DNA of 64,000 nucleotides, taken from an uncultured cyanobacterium. GTDB taxonomy: Bacteria > Cyanobacteriota > Cyanobacteriia > Cyanobacteriales > CAWCAG01. The translations under genes and the position numbers were made by a program. The stretch lies in contig CAWDOD010000002.1 in NCBI GenBank assembly GCA_963803805.1, positions 512,001 to 576,000 on the forward strand. The letters are read 5' to 3'. The notes under the pieces were generated by a model. The model was given only the letters and a program-made list of their open reading frames with translations, searched no databases and was not told the origin of the DNA. Of the stretch, positions 62,415-64,000 are shown in pieces. Every line of letters begins with the position of its first letter. Positions within the stretch are counted from its first letter, which is position 1.

Positions 62415-62873
62415 CTAATCATAGGGAAGACCATTTTTATGGCTAAACTTCCAAGTACCATGCTCATCTGTTGCAACTAGATCATTGTCGGGATAATTTA
62501 CTAGATCTTGGAGTGTGCGATCGCCTACTTCTAAGTAGATTACATCTGCATTAGAATTATTCACTAAGTGATGCCCATCAGCTTCCCCTGCCGGAAATCC
62601 TGCTGCCATTCCTGGCTGCAAAATCTGTTCTCCAGCATCAGTAATTAAGGTTGCTTCACCGGAAATAATGTAGATAAATTCATCTTGTTTACCGTGGTAG
62701 TGTCGTAGGGCAGAATGACTTCCTGGCTTTAGTTTGACCCAATTCACACCGAAGTTTTTTAGCCCAGCAACATTTCCCAACCTCTTCTTAATTCGCCCTG
62801 CAACTAGGGGTTGAAACTCCTGGGGATAGTTTGAACCCCTGGTTGGTAGAACATCTTGAGGATCAATAATCAT
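62415..62873 (-). CDS. cupin domain protein
   Basis: FGVN...PG..SALRHYH..QDEF, GFPAG..DGHHL. Confidence 0.9.
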   Translation of the reverse strand: MIIDPQDVLPTRGSNYPQEFQPLVAGRIKKRLGNVAGLKNFGVNWVKLKPGSHSALRHYHGKQDEFIYIISGEATLITDAGEQILQPGMAAGFPAGEADGHHLVNNSNADVIYLEVGDRTLQDLVNYPDNDLVATDEHGTWKFSHKNGLPYD

Positions 62874-63070
62874 AAGCTAATTTTACTCCTAATAGCTTCT
62901 CATAATGTCAAGTTTGCCATACAGTTACAAACAACTTGAAGAAAAGCATGATCATTGCAATCTCTCATTGTTAACAATTATTTATGAGTGCGTATAAAAA
63001 GCTTCTTGAGCAATAAATCACCAATAAGGAACCATCAATTGTTTTCTCTTTCATTCTCAAGGATCTGTTT

Positions 63071-64000
63071 ATGTATCTTCTTGCCCTCAAGTCATTCAAG
63101 TTTTCCTCTCGTTTCAGCGCCCTTGCTACTTTTCTAACGATTGTTTTCCTTTCCCCCTTAGTCAAAGCAGGAACTATTCGGCACGACACCAGCGACTCAT
63201 ATTACCAAAATCTTGCCCATAAATTTCCTAGTGTTGGCTATCTCAGTGGCAAGAATACAACTAAAGCTTGGGCTTGCTCTGGAACTTTAATTGCTCAACG
63301 CTATGTCCTCACTGCTGCTCACTGTGTTGACAATGATGAAGGTTGGATGAATCAAGGTACTTTTTGGTTAGGAGAGCAACCCCACAGTGTCAGTCAAATC
63401 GGTATCCACAGAGATTGGTTATCTACAAATAGAGACTTAGTAGATGGTGTTGACTTAGCAATTTTACGTTTAGCAAGCAGCGTCACTAACGTTGCTCCAG
63501 CCCAGCTTTACACTGAGGGTAATGAAGACTTGCAACAGGGTGAATATGTTGGTTTTGGTAGAACTGGTAATGGTGAAACAGGCGATCAGCTTAACTCAGG
63601 AACAAAGAGGGCTGGCGAGAATATCATCGAAATTGCTACTAAGCTGGGCTACAACAATCGACTACTATTCTCAGACTTTGATGATCCTCGTCTTTCTCCT
63701 GCTGAAACTCTAGAATATCAATTAGCTCCCGGAGATAGTGGTGGCGGTTTGTTTATTGATAATCGTTTGGCTGGGGTTAATTCCTTTATAGTTGCTAGAG
63801 ATGGCAACAACGACTCAGATTATGGTGATTTTTCAGTTGCGGTAAGAACTTCATCTTGGTACGATTGGATTTTAGGAGCCAGTAACTATCTGACTGATGT
63901 TAGCCCTACATATGAGCAAGCACTAGCACCATCTAGAAAAGGATACAATTGGTTCGATGATCGTTACTTTGTAGAAACTGTTTTTAGTGATGTAGATTTT
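63071..64000 (+). CDS. secreted trypsin-like (S1) serine protease, runs off the window end; absent from the ORF track
   Basis: ATG 63071, signal peptide, CSGTLI..VLTAAHC, DLAIL, PGDSGG; no stop before 64000. Confidence 0.9.
   Translation, partial: MYLLALKSFKFSSRFSALATFLTIVFLSPLVKAGTIRHDTSDSYYQNLAHKFPSVGYLSGKNTTKAWACSGTLIAQRYVLTAAHCVDNDEGWMNQGTFWLGEQPHSVSQIGIHRDWLSTNRDLVDGVDLAILRLASSVTNVAPAQLYTEGNEDLQQGEYVGFGRTGNGETGDQLNSGTKRAGENIIEIATKLGYNNRLLFSDFDDPRLSPAETLEYQLAPGDSGGGLFIDNRLAGVNSFIVARDGNNDSDYGDFSVAVRTSSWYDWILGASNYLTDVSPTYEQALAPSRKGYNWFDDRYFVETVFSDVDF

Noticed and set aside
62971-63713. ORFs 62971-63189 (-) and 63492-63713 (+)
   Set aside because: They overlap the real protease frame that starts at 63071
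1-64000. HIP1 (GCGATCGC) abundance as a novel repeat
   Set aside because: A well-known cyanobacterial feature; used only as a taxonomic clue

Overview
AT-rich cyanobacterial chromosomal segment: about 30 HIP1 GCGATCGC octamers by eye, heptamer tandem repeats, and a ferrochelatase with a CAB tail. The housekeeping backbone is glgP (partial), dnaK, rplU-rpmA, prfB with its +1 frameshift, surE, gnd, hemH, moaA, gcvP, uvrB, pncB, fused modBC, cysK, gcvH and map. Accessory blocks are a toxin-antitoxin cluster with 21-bp repeat arrays (22.1-25.4 kb), an ISAzo13-family IS, a putative defence islet (38.4-44.9 kb), an IS630-disrupted filamentous-haemagglutinin gene, and a SWIM+SNF2 pair. There are two leading candidates for undescribed biology. 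(1) A coupled caspase / membrane NACHT / GUN4-domain operon (40052-44946) whose three proteins share an ungapped ~22-aa RHIM/amyloid-like motif, placed as in amyloid-coupled NLR-effector systems. (2) An unannotated ~237-nt highly structured minus-strand RNA (32581-32817) with its own sigma70-type promoter and a retron msr/msd-like layout, but no reverse transcriptase in the window. Four single-base frameshifts may be sequencing errors. All calls were made by eye; no searches were run.
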